DNA from: a bacterium
GTDB lineage: Bacteria; Zhuqueibacterota; Zhuqueibacteria; Oceanimicrobiales; Oceanimicrobiaceae
Direction: 5' to 3'
DNA: 64,000 nucleotides
Assembly (NCBI GenBank): GCA_037446635.1
Contig: JBBIIG010000001.1
Span: 213,638-277,637, forward strand
This document shows, piece after piece, positions 51,115 through 60,342 of the stretch. Numbering within the stretch: the first letter of the stretch is position 1; each line of letters starts with the position of its first letter. Made by a program: the position numbers and the translations under genes. A model generated the notes under the pieces. The model worked only from the letters and a program-made list of their open reading frames with translations, did not search any database and was not told where the DNA came from.

Positions 51115-52422
51115 TTACGCTCTGTTTTCTCCGCGAAGCGAATCGGATGACAACCCAAAGAGATTGCGAACGGCAGCGGTGTAGCTCTGGCCGTTGCCCT
51201 CGGCAGCTTCCGCTCGCAAACGCACGATGGGCTGATGCAGCATTTTGTTGACGATGCGCCGAGCCAACTCCTGCACTACCTGCACGTCGTGCTCTGGCAG
51301 CTCGGCTTGCAGACGGCGCAGCGCGCGTTCCACTTCCTGCGACTGAATATCTTCCGCGAAACTGCGCAGGTCGGTGATCACAGGCGTGACTTCCAGCGAC
51401 TGCCGCCACGCCGCAAAATTGGCCATTTCTTGTTCAATGATATTTTTCGCTTTGGTGATTTCCGCGCAGCGTTTGCCGCCGTTGCTGTCCAACTCAGATT
51501 TGAGATGATCGATATTATAAAGCTTAACTGAATTCAGAGCGCTGACTTCCGGATCGACGTCCCGGGGGACGGCCATGTCAACGATCAGCAGCGGGCGGAA
51601 CCCACGGTTGGCCAGCGTTTGCTGCACCATCCCTTTGCTCAACACAACATGCGGCGCGCCAGTCGAGCTGATAACCACGTCCGCATTTTTGAGGCAATCT
51701 TCGAGTTTATCAAATCCAAAGAATTTGACATTGAGTCTGGCAGCAACGTCTTTCACTTTTTCTTCCGTGCGATTGATCACTGTAACATCGCTTGCCCCAC
51801 CTTTCAACAGCGCCTTCACCGCCAACAAACTCATTTTGCCCATGCCGATTACCAAAATGTTGAGACCGGTCAGCCCGCCGAACGATTTCTTCACCAACGC
51901 CACCGCGGCATGGCTGACCGAAGCCGAGTGCTCGCTGAGGGCGGTTTCGGTGCGCACGCGCTTGCCGACGGTCAACGCATTGCGGAACAGCGCCGAAAGC
52001 AGCGGCCCAACGGTTTTGAATTTTTGCGCTGCCTCAAACGCCTCTTTAATTTGACCCTGAATTTGCGCTTCTCCTAAAATCATCGATTTCAAGCCACTGG
52101 CAACCGAGAAAAGATGCTGCTCCACCTCAGCGCCTTCAAGAACGTAGAGATAGGGCTCAAAATCTTTGCGGGGCGTTTTTTTAAAATTGGAAACAAATTC
52201 CTTTATTTGTTGGATACCCGCCTGCGCGTTTTTTACCGCCGCATAAATTTCGACGCGATTGCAGGTGGAGAGAATTACGGCTTCTTCAATTTGCGAGTAC
52301 GAATTTTCATGCTTGAAGAGTTTGACCAAAGCCTCGGCTAAAATGGAGGGGTGAAAGGCGAGTTTTTCACGAAGTTCTACTGGGGCCGTTTCATGGTTAA
52401 GTCCTATCAAAACATAGTGCAT
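51115..52422 (-). CDS. hemA: Glutamyl-tRNA reductase
   Basis: GLNHETAPVELRE, catalytic STCNRVE, GEAQI, IGMGKM, DMAVPRD, dimerisation domain (NKMLHQP). Confidence 0.97.
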   Translation of the reverse strand: MHYVLIGLNHETAPVELREKLAFHPSILAEALVKLFKHENSYSQIEEAVILSTCNRVEIYAAVKNAQAGIQQIKEFVSNFKKTPRKDFEPYLYVLEGAEVEQHLFSVASGLKSMILGEAQIQGQIKEAFEAAQKFKTVGPLLSALFRNALTVGKRVRTETALSEHSASVSHAAVALVKKSFGGLTGLNILVIGMGKMSLLAVKALLKGGASDVTVINRTEEKVKDVAARLNVKFFGFDKLEDCLKNADVVISSTGAPHVVLSKGMVQQTLANRGFRPLLIVDMAVPRDVDPEVSALNSVKLYNIDHLKSELDSNGGKRCAEITKAKNIIEQEMANFAAWRQSLEVTPVITDLRSFAEDIQSQEVERALRRLQAELPEHDVQVVQELARRIVNKMLHQPIVRLRAEAAEGNGQSYTAAVRNLFGLSSDSLRGENRA

Positions 52423-52445
52423 AAGATTGATTCGCCTCAATTACT

Positions 52446-52464
52446 AATAATAACGATTATTATT
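52446..52464. promoter_or_regulatory. Fur-like box in hemA leader
   Basis: AATAATAACGATTATTATT; 13/19 match to GATAATGATAATCATTATC. Confidence 0.55.
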
Positions 52465-52479
52465 TATCGCCGCTGCTTT

Positions 52480-52495
52480 ATCAAAAATAGTGCCA
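52480..52495 (-). promoter_or_regulatory. Sigma-54 (-24/-12) promoter of hem operon
   Basis: TGGCACTATTTTTGAT, with consensus spacing TGGCAC-N5-TTG(C>A)W. Confidence 0.65.
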
Positions 52496-52587
52496 TCAAT
52501 AGTAGTAGCCCGGCCCATAACGTTATCCTCTTGAAAATGCAGTTATTATCGTCCCTCTCAAACTTCACTTTTAATGTCCTCCCTGGC

Positions 52588-52615
52588 CGGTTTTTTTCCA
52601 ATATGAAAAAAACCG
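52588..52615. promoter_or_regulatory. Candidate activator-binding site (UAS)
   Basis: CGGTTTTTTTC-CAATAT-GAAAAAAACCG, about 95-120 bp upstream of the -24 box; core resembles 60257-60273. Confidence 0.55.
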
Positions 52616-52679
52616 AACTAAATTGAAAAGTCAGATACGACGCCAGCGCTCATAAAAGTGAAATCAACAAAAATTGTTG

Positions 52680-52708
52680 TTGACATTGGAGATTTTTTTT
52701 GATATTAT
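52680..52708 (+). promoter_or_regulatory. Sigma-70 promoter of porin/iron operon
   Basis: TTGACA-17-TATTAT. Confidence 0.7.
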
Positions 52709-52746
52709 GGTGGCCTACAAATTCAAATTAGTCAATAACTTAACTC

Positions 52747-52763
52747 ATAATCGGAACGATTAT
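52747..52763. promoter_or_regulatory. Fur-like box in porin leader
   Basis: ATAATCG-GAA-CGATTAT perfect inverted repeat (ATAAT-N7-ATTAT). Confidence 0.55.
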
Positions 52764-52785
52764 TAAATTGAAGGAGAAAAAACAA

Positions 52786-54084
52786 ATGGCAAGATTTTTG
52801 TTGATTTTGGTAAGCATTTTTTTGGTTTTTGGTTTTCAAGCCGTCGTAGCGCAGCAATCGACCGAGCAGGACACCCTGCGTGAGTTGATGCGCCGCATTG
52901 ATATCTTAACGGAAGAAATAGAAAAATCCAAACTGGGCGAAGTGGCCGAGCCAAAATACGAAAGCCGCTTTGGAATGGGGCCGGCGGCGTCGCGAGTTTA
53001 TCAATTAACTAAAACCGGCGTTTCTATTTCAGGCTACGGGGAGGTGGTTTATAATAATTTTGCCCGCGAGCAGGATAACGGCGTTGCAGCCACTCGCCGG
53101 GACCAAATTGACTACCTGCGCCACATCACCTATTTTGGGTTTCGTTTCAATGATTGGCTGCTTTTCAATTCTGAAATCGAATTTGAACACGCTAAAACCG
53201 GCAGCGGTTCACCTGGAGAGGTTGCGATTGAGTTTGGTTACGTCGAGGCGAGGCTTCATTCCGCTGTCAACTTTCGCGCGGGAATGGTGCTGGTGCCAGT
53301 GGGAATTGTGAACGAATTTCATGAGCCTTCCACCTTTCACGGCGCGCTTCGCCCCGAAACCGAACAGCAGGTCATCCCCACCACCTGGCGAACCAATGGC
53401 TTCGGATTTGTTGGTGAAACCAAAACCGGGGTAGGCTATAAACTCTATCTGATCGAAAGCTTGAACGCCGCCAATTTTTCCTCCAGCGGCATTCGTAGCG
53501 GCCGGCAAAACGGCGCGCAGGCGATCGCGGAAGACCTGGCGATCGCCGGCAAGTTGAATTACACCGGCGTCACTGGTTTGGACATTGGCGGCTCGTTCTA
53601 CGTCGGCAACACCGCGCAAGCCCTGACGGACACTTCCGGCAATGAAATTGACGCCCGGCTGGCCTTGTTTTCACTCCATTTTATGTTTGCACGAAAAGGG
53701 CTGGAGTTGCGCGGCCTCTTCGCTCAATCCACCATTTCCGACGTCGAAGAATTGAATGTCGTGCGCGGGTTCACCGGCGCAAATTCCATCGGCGAAAGAC
53801 AATACGGTTACTACTTTACGCTGGCGTATGACCTGCTGCCGCTGCTGGCTAAAGGAACAACGCACTATCTTGCGCCGTTCGTGCAATATGAAAAACTCAA
53901 CACTCAGGCGGAAGTGCCCGCTGGCTTTGCCAAAAATCTCGCGCGCGAACGCAGCAACTTGACGCTGGGACTAACCTATAAACCGCATCCCAACGTGGCG
54001 TTCAAACTCGATTACATCAACCGCGACGACGAGGCCAACAGCGCGCTCGATCAATTTAATGTTGCAGTCAATTACCTGTTCTAA
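52786..54084 (+). CDS. Outer-membrane porin-like beta-barrel (porin O/P-like)
   Basis: Signal peptide, coiled coil, ISGYGE, FNSEIEFEH, NEFHEP, C-terminal YLF; AAGGAG RBS. Confidence 0.82.
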   Translation: MARFLLILVSIFLVFGFQAVVAQQSTEQDTLRELMRRIDILTEEIEKSKLGEVAEPKYESRFGMGPAASRVYQLTKTGVSISGYGEVVYNNFAREQDNGVAATRRDQIDYLRHITYFGFRFNDWLLFNSEIEFEHAKTGSGSPGEVAIEFGYVEARLHSAVNFRAGMVLVPVGIVNEFHEPSTFHGALRPETEQQVIPTTWRTNGFGFVGETKTGVGYKLYLIESLNAANFSSSGIRSGRQNGAQAIAEDLAIAGKLNYTGVTGLDIGGSFYVGNTAQALTDTSGNEIDARLALFSLHFMFARKGLELRGLFAQSTISDVEELNVVRGFTGANSIGERQYGYYFTLAYDLLPLLAKGTTHYLAPFVQYEKLNTQAEVPAGFAKNLARERSNLTLGLTYKPHPNVAFKLDYINRDDEANSALDQFNVAVNYLF

Positions 54085-54088
54085 CCAG

Positions 54089-54631
54089 ATGATCAACTTT
54101 TGGAATTTAGTTCTATTGACTTTGGTTGTATTCTCAACAAGCTTTGGCCAGGTTTTCAAAAACCAGGAAGAGGTTTTGAAGGAGGCCTTTCCAAAAAATT
54201 GCACGGTGGATAGAAAGGTCGCTTTTCTAACCCCGGAGCAGATCAATAAAATTGAAAAACTGGCCAAAGCAAAATTAGAATCCAAATTGATAACCTATTA
54301 TGTTGGCAGTCTGGAGGACAGCACGATCGGATACGCCTTCTTTGAAACCAACGTGGTTCGCACCAAGCCAGAGACCTTTGTGGTGACTCTCAACCCGGAT
54401 GGCTCCATCAAATTCGTTGATATTCTCGCGTTTTATGAGCCGCTGGACTACCTCCCCACCCCACGTTGGCTGAAACTGTTCAACGGGAAAATTCTAAGCG
54501 ATAACCTCTGGCCCAAACGCGAAATTCACAACATCACCGGGGCGACGCTTTCGGTGCAAGCGATCACGCTGGGGACGCGAAAAATCCTTGCCATTTATCA
54601 GGTCGCCATTCAACCGGAGAAAACCCATTGA
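54089..54631 (+). CDS. Periplasmic FMN-binding protein
   Basis: Signal peptide, FYEP.DY, ITGATLS flavinylation motif. Confidence 0.85.
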   Translation: MINFWNLVLLTLVVFSTSFGQVFKNQEEVLKEAFPKNCTVDRKVAFLTPEQINKIEKLAKAKLESKLITYYVGSLEDSTIGYAFFETNVVRTKPETFVVTLNPDGSIKFVDILAFYEPLDYLPTPRWLKLFNGKILSDNLWPKREIHNITGATLSVQAITLGTRKILAIYQVAIQPEKTH

Positions 54632-55161
54632 AGTACATGCAAAACGGCGGCTACCAGAGCTCGCATCTGATGCGGCTGACGCTGCTACTAACGTTACTAT
54701 TTTTGACCGGATTCTGGGTCACCAACTTCGCGCTCTATTTTGCAAAGATGAGTCTGTCGCCGCTTTCGGTCAAAAATTATTACCTCGGCTCGGAAGAAAA
54801 TTACACCATGCCGCGCACCTACCAATCGATGCTGGAAGTCACGCACTCGCATCTGCCGATGATGGCGTTGGTGGTGCTGCTGGTTACGCATCTGCTCATC
54901 TTCGTGCCCTACGCACCGCGAACTAAAGTTCTGCTGATTGTTGGCGGATTCGCACTCGCGCTGCTCAATGAATCCGCCGGCTGGCTGGTGCGGTTTGTTC
55001 ATCCGGCGTTCGCCTGGTTGAAGGTGATGTCGTTCGCTTTATTTCAAATCGTGCTGGGATTTCTCATTTTTGCATTGGCGTTTTTTCTGATTAGCGGACG
55101 CGCCGTGAAGTTTAATTCCCCAAAATCACCACCGCCGCGCGGACGTTCCAAAACGCCATGA
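54628..55161 (+). CDS. Hypothetical membrane protein (about 4 TM, His-containing)
   Basis: EVTHSHL...LVTHLL; translationally coupled to the FMN-binding gene. Confidence 0.8.
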   Translation: MKYMQNGGYQSSHLMRLTLLLTLLFLTGFWVTNFALYFAKMSLSPLSVKNYYLGSEENYTMPRTYQSMLEVTHSHLPMMALVVLLVTHLLIFVPYAPRTKVLLIVGGFALALLNESAGWLVRFVHPAFAWLKVMSFALFQIVLGFLIFALAFFLISGRAVKFNSPKSPPPRGRSKTP

Positions 55162-55211
55162 GATTTAATTTCTAACCCGCTCTATTTCAAATAGCAACCG
55201 GGCTTTCTTGG

Positions 55212-55359
55212 CTAAGGTGATTAAATATGATGGATTACTGGATTAATTCGGTTGGCCTTTCATTGATCCATTAATCCAACGCTCCATTACTCCAAATTGT
55301 AACAACTTAGATTTCATTGTCATAAACTTGTTGGACTTCAAGATTTGTCAATATTCAGG
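55212..55359. repeat. Dispersed ~150-bp intergenic element, copy 2
   Basis: Aligns with 2520-2677. Confidence 0.75.
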
Positions 55360-55369
55360 CTAAAAGCAC

Positions 55370-57373
55370 ATGAGACAAAAAATCGTTTTTGCGTTCATCC
55401 TCTCGCCGCTGCTGTTTGCGGTCGTCTTCCTACTGCTGCCAGCCGACAACGCCGCTAATCGAGCCTCGGATCCCGCCGGCAACGGCGTTTCCAATTCAGC
55501 AGCCGTCTCCGCGGACAGGCTAATCTTTCTCTTACAATATATCAGCATCGACTACGGCGGCGCGGTGGCAAACCAGCGCGTCATCAATGAATTCGAATAC
55601 AGCGAAATGCTGGACTTCGCAGCCACCGCGGACGAATGGTACTCGCAACTCCGTGGGAAAAACAGCGATCCTTTCACGCAGCAAAAACTTCAGCAGCTAA
55701 AAAGTTTAGTCGAAAGCAAAGCCAACTGGTCTGAAATCAAAGACAGCGCCGGCGAGCTGATTCATCAATTGTCGCAAGAATTGAACGTCATCCCCTACCC
55801 AACGAAAACTCCCAATTTGAAAGTGGGGCAAAATCTTTATCGCCAGGTCTGCGCCGACTGCCACGGCAGCAGCGGCGATGGCCGCGGCCCCGCGGCGGCG
55901 TGGCTCAATCCGCCGCCGAGCAATTTCCAAAACAATGAACGAATGAACTTGGCCACGCCCCACCAATTTTTCAACGCCATCACCTTCGGCGTCGCCGGCA
56001 CCGCCATGCCTTCCCATCAGCAGGCGCTCAGCGACCAACAACGGTGGGACATCGCCTTTTATTTGATGACGTTGCGGCAGGGATTCAATCCGCGGACACC
56101 GGCGGGCGACGTCAAGCTTTCGGTGAACGAACTTGCCGGCGCTTCCAACACCGAGCTCGCGGCAAAACTTAAATTCGACGCGAAGAATATCGACGAATCG
56201 AATCTTTTTTCCACGGTGGATTACTTTCGCCAAAATCCGCCGCAGGTCAGCGTTGAAGAGCAGCTTACCTTCACCCGCCAAAAACTGCACGAAAGTTTGA
56301 CGGCTTACAAAAACGCCGATTTCACCGGCGCGCTGAACGCCATCACCGACGCCTACCTTGCCGGCGTGGAGCCATTGGAAGCGCAGCTCCGAAGGGCGGA
56401 TGTAACGGCCCTCGAAATGGAATTCAGCAAATTACGCAACGCCATTCTCACGCAGCGGCCGTTCTTTGAGGTCGAGGTGCACTACGACAACCTCGACCGG
56501 CGGCTCAACGAAATCCGCACCGCCGGACCATCGGTCGCGCAGCGCGGCTTCGTTCTGCTGCAGTCGTTGACCATCATTTTAAGAGAAGGCATCGAAGCGA
56601 TTCTACTCATCGCGTTGATGTTCACCTACCTGGTTTCCGCCGGCTACAGCAATCTGAAAAAATACGTCGTCAGCGGCGCGCTCGCGGGGCTGGCTGCCGG
56701 CGGGCTAGCCTGGTTTACCGCGCAGTTTTTGCTGACGATCTCCATCATCCAGCAGGAGGCGCTGGAAGGAATCACCTCTTTGCTGGCGGCGGCGGTGCTG
56801 TTTTTCGTCAGCTTTTGGATCATTCACAAAGTCGATATTCGCAAGTGGAAAACTTTCATCCGCACGAAAGCAGAAAAAGCGCTGGGGACCGGCAGCGGCC
56901 TGGCGTTGTCCGCGGTAGCGTTTCTGGCGGTATTTCGGGAAGCCTTTGAAACGGTTTTGTTCTATCAGGTTTTGTGGCTGCGCAGCGATGCCGAACGAAC
57001 GAGCGTCGTGCTCGGCTTCGTGCTGGGCGCGGCGGCGCTAGCCTTGGTTCTCTACCTCGTTTTCAAATTAGGTGCGAGGCTGCCGCTGAAACCGTTTTTC
57101 ATTAGCACCGGGATTCTGTTAGGCATGCTGGCGTTCATGTTTGCCGGCTACGGCGTGCGCGAGTTGCAGAACATCGGCGTGTTGAAAGAGACCCTGCTGC
57201 CGTGGGATCTCCGCTGGCCGGTTTTAGAAATTCATCCCACCGTGGAAGGCCTCGCGCTACAAATGGCAATGCTGATTTCGTTTATCCTGGGGTGGTTTTC
57301 AGTGTTAGCGGAAAAATTGAAAAAAGCGGAAAAGCGGATTCGTTTGCGGCCGGTGGCGGTCAAAACGGATTAA
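55370..57373 (+). CDS. Cytochrome c / FTR1 iron permease fusion (PbrT-like)
   Basis: CADCH heme motif, GTAMP axial Met, REGIE and REAFE FTR1 motifs. Confidence 0.92.
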   Translation: MRQKIVFAFILSPLLFAVVFLLLPADNAANRASDPAGNGVSNSAAVSADRLIFLLQYISIDYGGAVANQRVINEFEYSEMLDFAATADEWYSQLRGKNSDPFTQQKLQQLKSLVESKANWSEIKDSAGELIHQLSQELNVIPYPTKTPNLKVGQNLYRQVCADCHGSSGDGRGPAAAWLNPPPSNFQNNERMNLATPHQFFNAITFGVAGTAMPSHQQALSDQQRWDIAFYLMTLRQGFNPRTPAGDVKLSVNELAGASNTELAAKLKFDAKNIDESNLFSTVDYFRQNPPQVSVEEQLTFTRQKLHESLTAYKNADFTGALNAITDAYLAGVEPLEAQLRRADVTALEMEFSKLRNAILTQRPFFEVEVHYDNLDRRLNEIRTAGPSVAQRGFVLLQSLTIILREGIEAILLIALMFTYLVSAGYSNLKKYVVSGALAGLAAGGLAWFTAQFLLTISIIQQEALEGITSLLAAAVLFFVSFWIIHKVDIRKWKTFIRTKAEKALGTGSGLALSAVAFLAVFREAFETVLFYQVLWLRSDAERTSVVLGFVLGAAALALVLYLVFKLGARLPLKPFFISTGILLGMLAFMFAGYGVRELQNIGVLKETLLPWDLRWPVLEIHPTVEGLALQMAMLISFILGWFSVLAEKLKKAEKRIRLRPVAVKTD

Positions 57374-57428
57374 ATGACAGGCGGATCAGGCCAAGTTTTT
57401 CCTCCTTTATTTTTCTTTTTGGTTGCGC

Positions 57429-59402
57429 TCAATTGGAATGCCGCTGCTGCGAACTAGTGATGTGGTACTCCTTCATTTTCCGCCACAACGTGGTGCGGCC
57501 AATTCCCAAAATTTTGGCCACCAGATCATAGTTCCAATCGAATTCCTGCAGCGTCGCGGCGATGTGATTTTTTTCCAAATTCTTCAAACTCAAATCGGCG
57601 GCGTCGGCGCGGTGGTTGGTCGCGGTAGGTTTGAACATATTTTGGGGGAAATCTGCCTTGCTTAAATATTTTCCCAAACACAACGCCGCCGCCCGCTCGA
57701 TGGCGTTCTCCAACTGGCGCACGTTGCCGGGCCAATCGTATTCGCACAACAGCTTCTGCGCTTCCTCGTCGATGCCGTAAATGGTTTTGTGAATTTTTTC
57801 CGCGTATTTTTTGGTGAAAAATTCCGCCAGCGGCAGAATATCTTCTCGATGATCTCGCAGCGGCGGAATGGTGATTTGAATCACATTCAAACGATAATAC
57901 AAATCCTGCCGGAACAATCCCTGCGCGATCATCTCTTCCAAATCGCGGTTGGTCGCGGTAATCAATCGCACATCCACCTTCAGCGTTTGATGACTTCCCA
58001 CGGGCTTGATTTCTCCCTCTTGCAAAAAGCGCAAAAGTTTAACCTGCATCGCCAGAGAGGTTTCGCCAATTTCGTCCAAAAAAATGGTGCCGTGGTTGGC
58101 CGCTTCGATTAAACCTTTTTTGTTGTGAGTGGCGCCCGTGAACGCGCCGCGCACGTGCCCAAACAACTCGCTCTCCAGCAAACTTTCCGGCAGAGCGCCG
58201 CAGTTGACGACAATGAAAGGATTTTGCGCGCGGCTGCTGTGCTCGTGAATGGCGCGGGCAATCAATTCTTTGCCGGTGCCGCTCTCGCCATCGATGAGCA
58301 CGGAAATATCGGTCTGCGCGATGCGCGCCACCAGCTCCAGAATATTCTGCATCGCCGGACTTTTGCCAATGATGTTCCCGAAACGATATTCTTCTCGTGA
58401 ATTGACCCAGGCGATAAAATCATCCACTTCGCGATCGATGAGCTGTTCGATCACCGCGGCCACCTTCTGATGTTCTTTCAAATTGCTGGCGACGATTTTT
58501 TCCAGATCGCGCTTGTTGTAATAATAAATGTTGTACACGTCCGAAAGGTTGAGCTTTTCAAAAACATCCGGCTGCGAATCGTCCAGATAAGAGACAAACA
58601 ACAGCGGCCGGTTATTGCGCCGGCTCATCATTCTTGAGATCTGCTGCTGTTCAAAAATCGGCGCGAAATCTTTGCTGTACATCAGCAGCAAGTCGATAGA
58701 CGGCAGAACCTGACTGAGCTGCTCGGTCTTAATTTTCGCGCCGCCAAAACGCTCAATCAACGACGCGCTCTTGTTATGAAAATCCACAAGGAAAAGTTCG
58801 CCAATATTCTGCTCTTTTAGTTTTTTAACGAGCGGCTCAAAGGAATAACCGTCCGCGGCGATCAGCGCTTTGTGGTCTTTGAGATCGCCGAACATTTTCT
58901 GGGCGATCTCCACCAGCACTGATTCCGCGGTGATGGCGTTTTTTTGAACATTAAGCTGGATTCGGATTTTCTCCGCCAACCACAAACCGCGCTGAAAAAG
59001 TTTATTTAACTTCGGACCCACCAGGTTCAAACTGCGGGACTTTTCAAACGCCTTCCGAAAGTCTTCAAGCGAATGCGTCATCTCCCCCGCTGCATCCATG
59101 CCAATTGCCAGCCGGAAAAATTCACGCAGGGCATCCGGGCCATCGGCGCGGAAACGACGGCTTTGCAAAACCTCAGCCGGCGCTTCGTATTCTTTTTGCA
59201 GTTCCACATAAAATTTTGAAATCAAAATGTCCCGCTGCTCTGCCACCGCGAAGATTTGTATTCTCTCCCCAGCTTGATAGACAAACATCTCCTGCGCCGA
59301 AAGTTTTTTGCCGGCAAACTCGGCGAGAGTGGTCAAGTTGCGCGCCCAGCTCTCCCGCGCTTGTGACTCGGAATAATCAAAACCGAAGGTAAAAATTGGC
59401 AT
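57429..59402 (-). CDS. Sigma-54-dependent activator with N-terminal degenerate glutamyl-tRNA reductase domain
   Basis: [38 protein letters not shown], Fis HTH; N-terminal ~335 aa is collinear with HemA. Confidence 0.9.
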   Translation of the reverse strand: MPIFTFGFDYSESQARESWARNLTTLAEFAGKKLSAQEMFVYQAGERIQIFAVAEQRDILISKFYVELQKEYEAPAEVLQSRRFRADGPDALREFFRLAIGMDAAGEMTHSLEDFRKAFEKSRSLNLVGPKLNKLFQRGLWLAEKIRIQLNVQKNAITAESVLVEIAQKMFGDLKDHKALIAADGYSFEPLVKKLKEQNIGELFLVDFHNKSASLIERFGGAKIKTEQLSQVLPSIDLLLMYSKDFAPIFEQQQISRMMSRRNNRPLLFVSYLDDSQPDVFEKLNLSDVYNIYYYNKRDLEKIVASNLKEHQKVAAVIEQLIDREVDDFIAWVNSREEYRFGNIIGKSPAMQNILELVARIAQTDISVLIDGESGTGKELIARAIHEHSSRAQNPFIVVNCGALPESLLESELFGHVRGAFTGATHNKKGLIEAANHGTIFLDEIGETSLAMQVKLLRFLQEGEIKPVGSHQTLKVDVRLITATNRDLEEMIAQGLFRQDLYYRLNVIQITIPPLRDHREDILPLAEFFTKKYAEKIHKTIYGIDEEAQKLLCEYDWPGNVRQLENAIERAAALCLGKYLSKADFPQNMFKPTATNHRADAADLSLKNLEKNHIAATLQEFDWNYDLVAKILGIGRTTLWRKMKEYHITSSQQRHSN

Positions 59403-59408
59403 AGCCGC

Positions 59409-60236
59409 TTATTGAAAATTATGAAACTTTGAAAAAAACAAATTGACAATGATAAACGAAAACAACAACCAGTTGAACCCGATCACCGACACCACGGCCG
59501 CTCGCAAACCCTGCCAGCCGACGATTTTCCGCGTCACATAGTGCGCGAGGTAAATGGCCCACGAAATCACCACCGCCAGCAGTTTTGGGTCTAGCGCCCA
59601 GCGGCCCTCCCAGACCCTCGTCCCCATGTAGAACCCCAGAACGATGCCAAGGCTCACCACAATTAAGCCGATGTTCACGGCTTGATTGCTGAGCTTGTCC
59701 ACATATTCCAATGACGGCAGCCGCTGAAAAAAAATCCCCAACTTTCTCGTGCGCATTTCCCGCGCCAACAAAATGTACATGATGCTGGTGATGAACGAGA
59801 TACTGAACGCTGCGTAAGCGGAGATCATAATCGCCACGTGCACCTCAAACAACAGTATGGTGCTCAGCAACTCGGCAAGCGGTTTATCGAAGTCAATGAA
59901 AGCGCTGGAGATGCCGTGTAAGATGAGAATGATGGGAATGAAAAACACGCCCATCGTCATCACTTTGGCGCGAATTTCGATGATGAGATAGACCAGCACA
60001 AAAAACCAGGCGCAGGTGGTCAGCACCTGAAAGACGTCGCCCACTGGAATGTGCTGTAGTTTCAAACCGAGCAAGATCAAATAAATGGTATGACACCCGG
60101 CTGAGAGCGCCAGCCAAAATCGCAGCCGAGACTCGGTTGCCTGTTTTTTTATTCGGAAATAATAAAAATAATAGCCGAAGCTCACGCCGTACAAAACGAA
60201 CACCAGCCAACTGAGAGACCGCAGAATTTCGATCAC
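59409..60236 (-). CDS. HemX/CcsA-like cytochrome c assembly family membrane protein
   Basis: HIP, EVHV...AY, RLPSLE, WEGRWALDPK, GWQG.RAA, C-terminal FH; about 8 TM helices. Confidence 0.9.
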   Translation of the reverse strand: MIEILRSLSWLVFVLYGVSFGYYFYYFRIKKQATESRLRFWLALSAGCHTIYLILLGLKLQHIPVGDVFQVLTTCAWFFVLVYLIIEIRAKVMTMGVFFIPIILILHGISSAFIDFDKPLAELLSTILLFEVHVAIMISAYAAFSISFITSIMYILLAREMRTRKLGIFFQRLPSLEYVDKLSNQAVNIGLIVVSLGIVLGFYMGTRVWEGRWALDPKLLAVVISWAIYLAHYVTRKIVGWQGLRAAVVSVIGFNWLLFSFIIVNLFFSKFHNFQ

Positions 60237-60256
60237 TTTTCACCCAAAAATTTTCG

Positions 60257-60273
60257 ATTTTCATTTTGAAAAT
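60257..60273. promoter_or_regulatory. Palindrome at promoter of ccsA-activator operon
   Basis: ATTTTCA-TTT-TGAAAAT, overlapping the -10 of a minus-strand TTGCAT-17-TATTTT promoter. Confidence 0.55.
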
Positions 60274-60342
60274 AGGAAATCCTGCTCTGAAATGCAAGCA
60301 CGGAATAGGTAAGGATAATTCTCCCTTTCCGTATCTTGGTTA

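Noticed and set aside
57429..59402. Second functional hemA
   Set aside because: The catalytic Cys motif, NADPH glycine motif and dimerisation domain are all absent.
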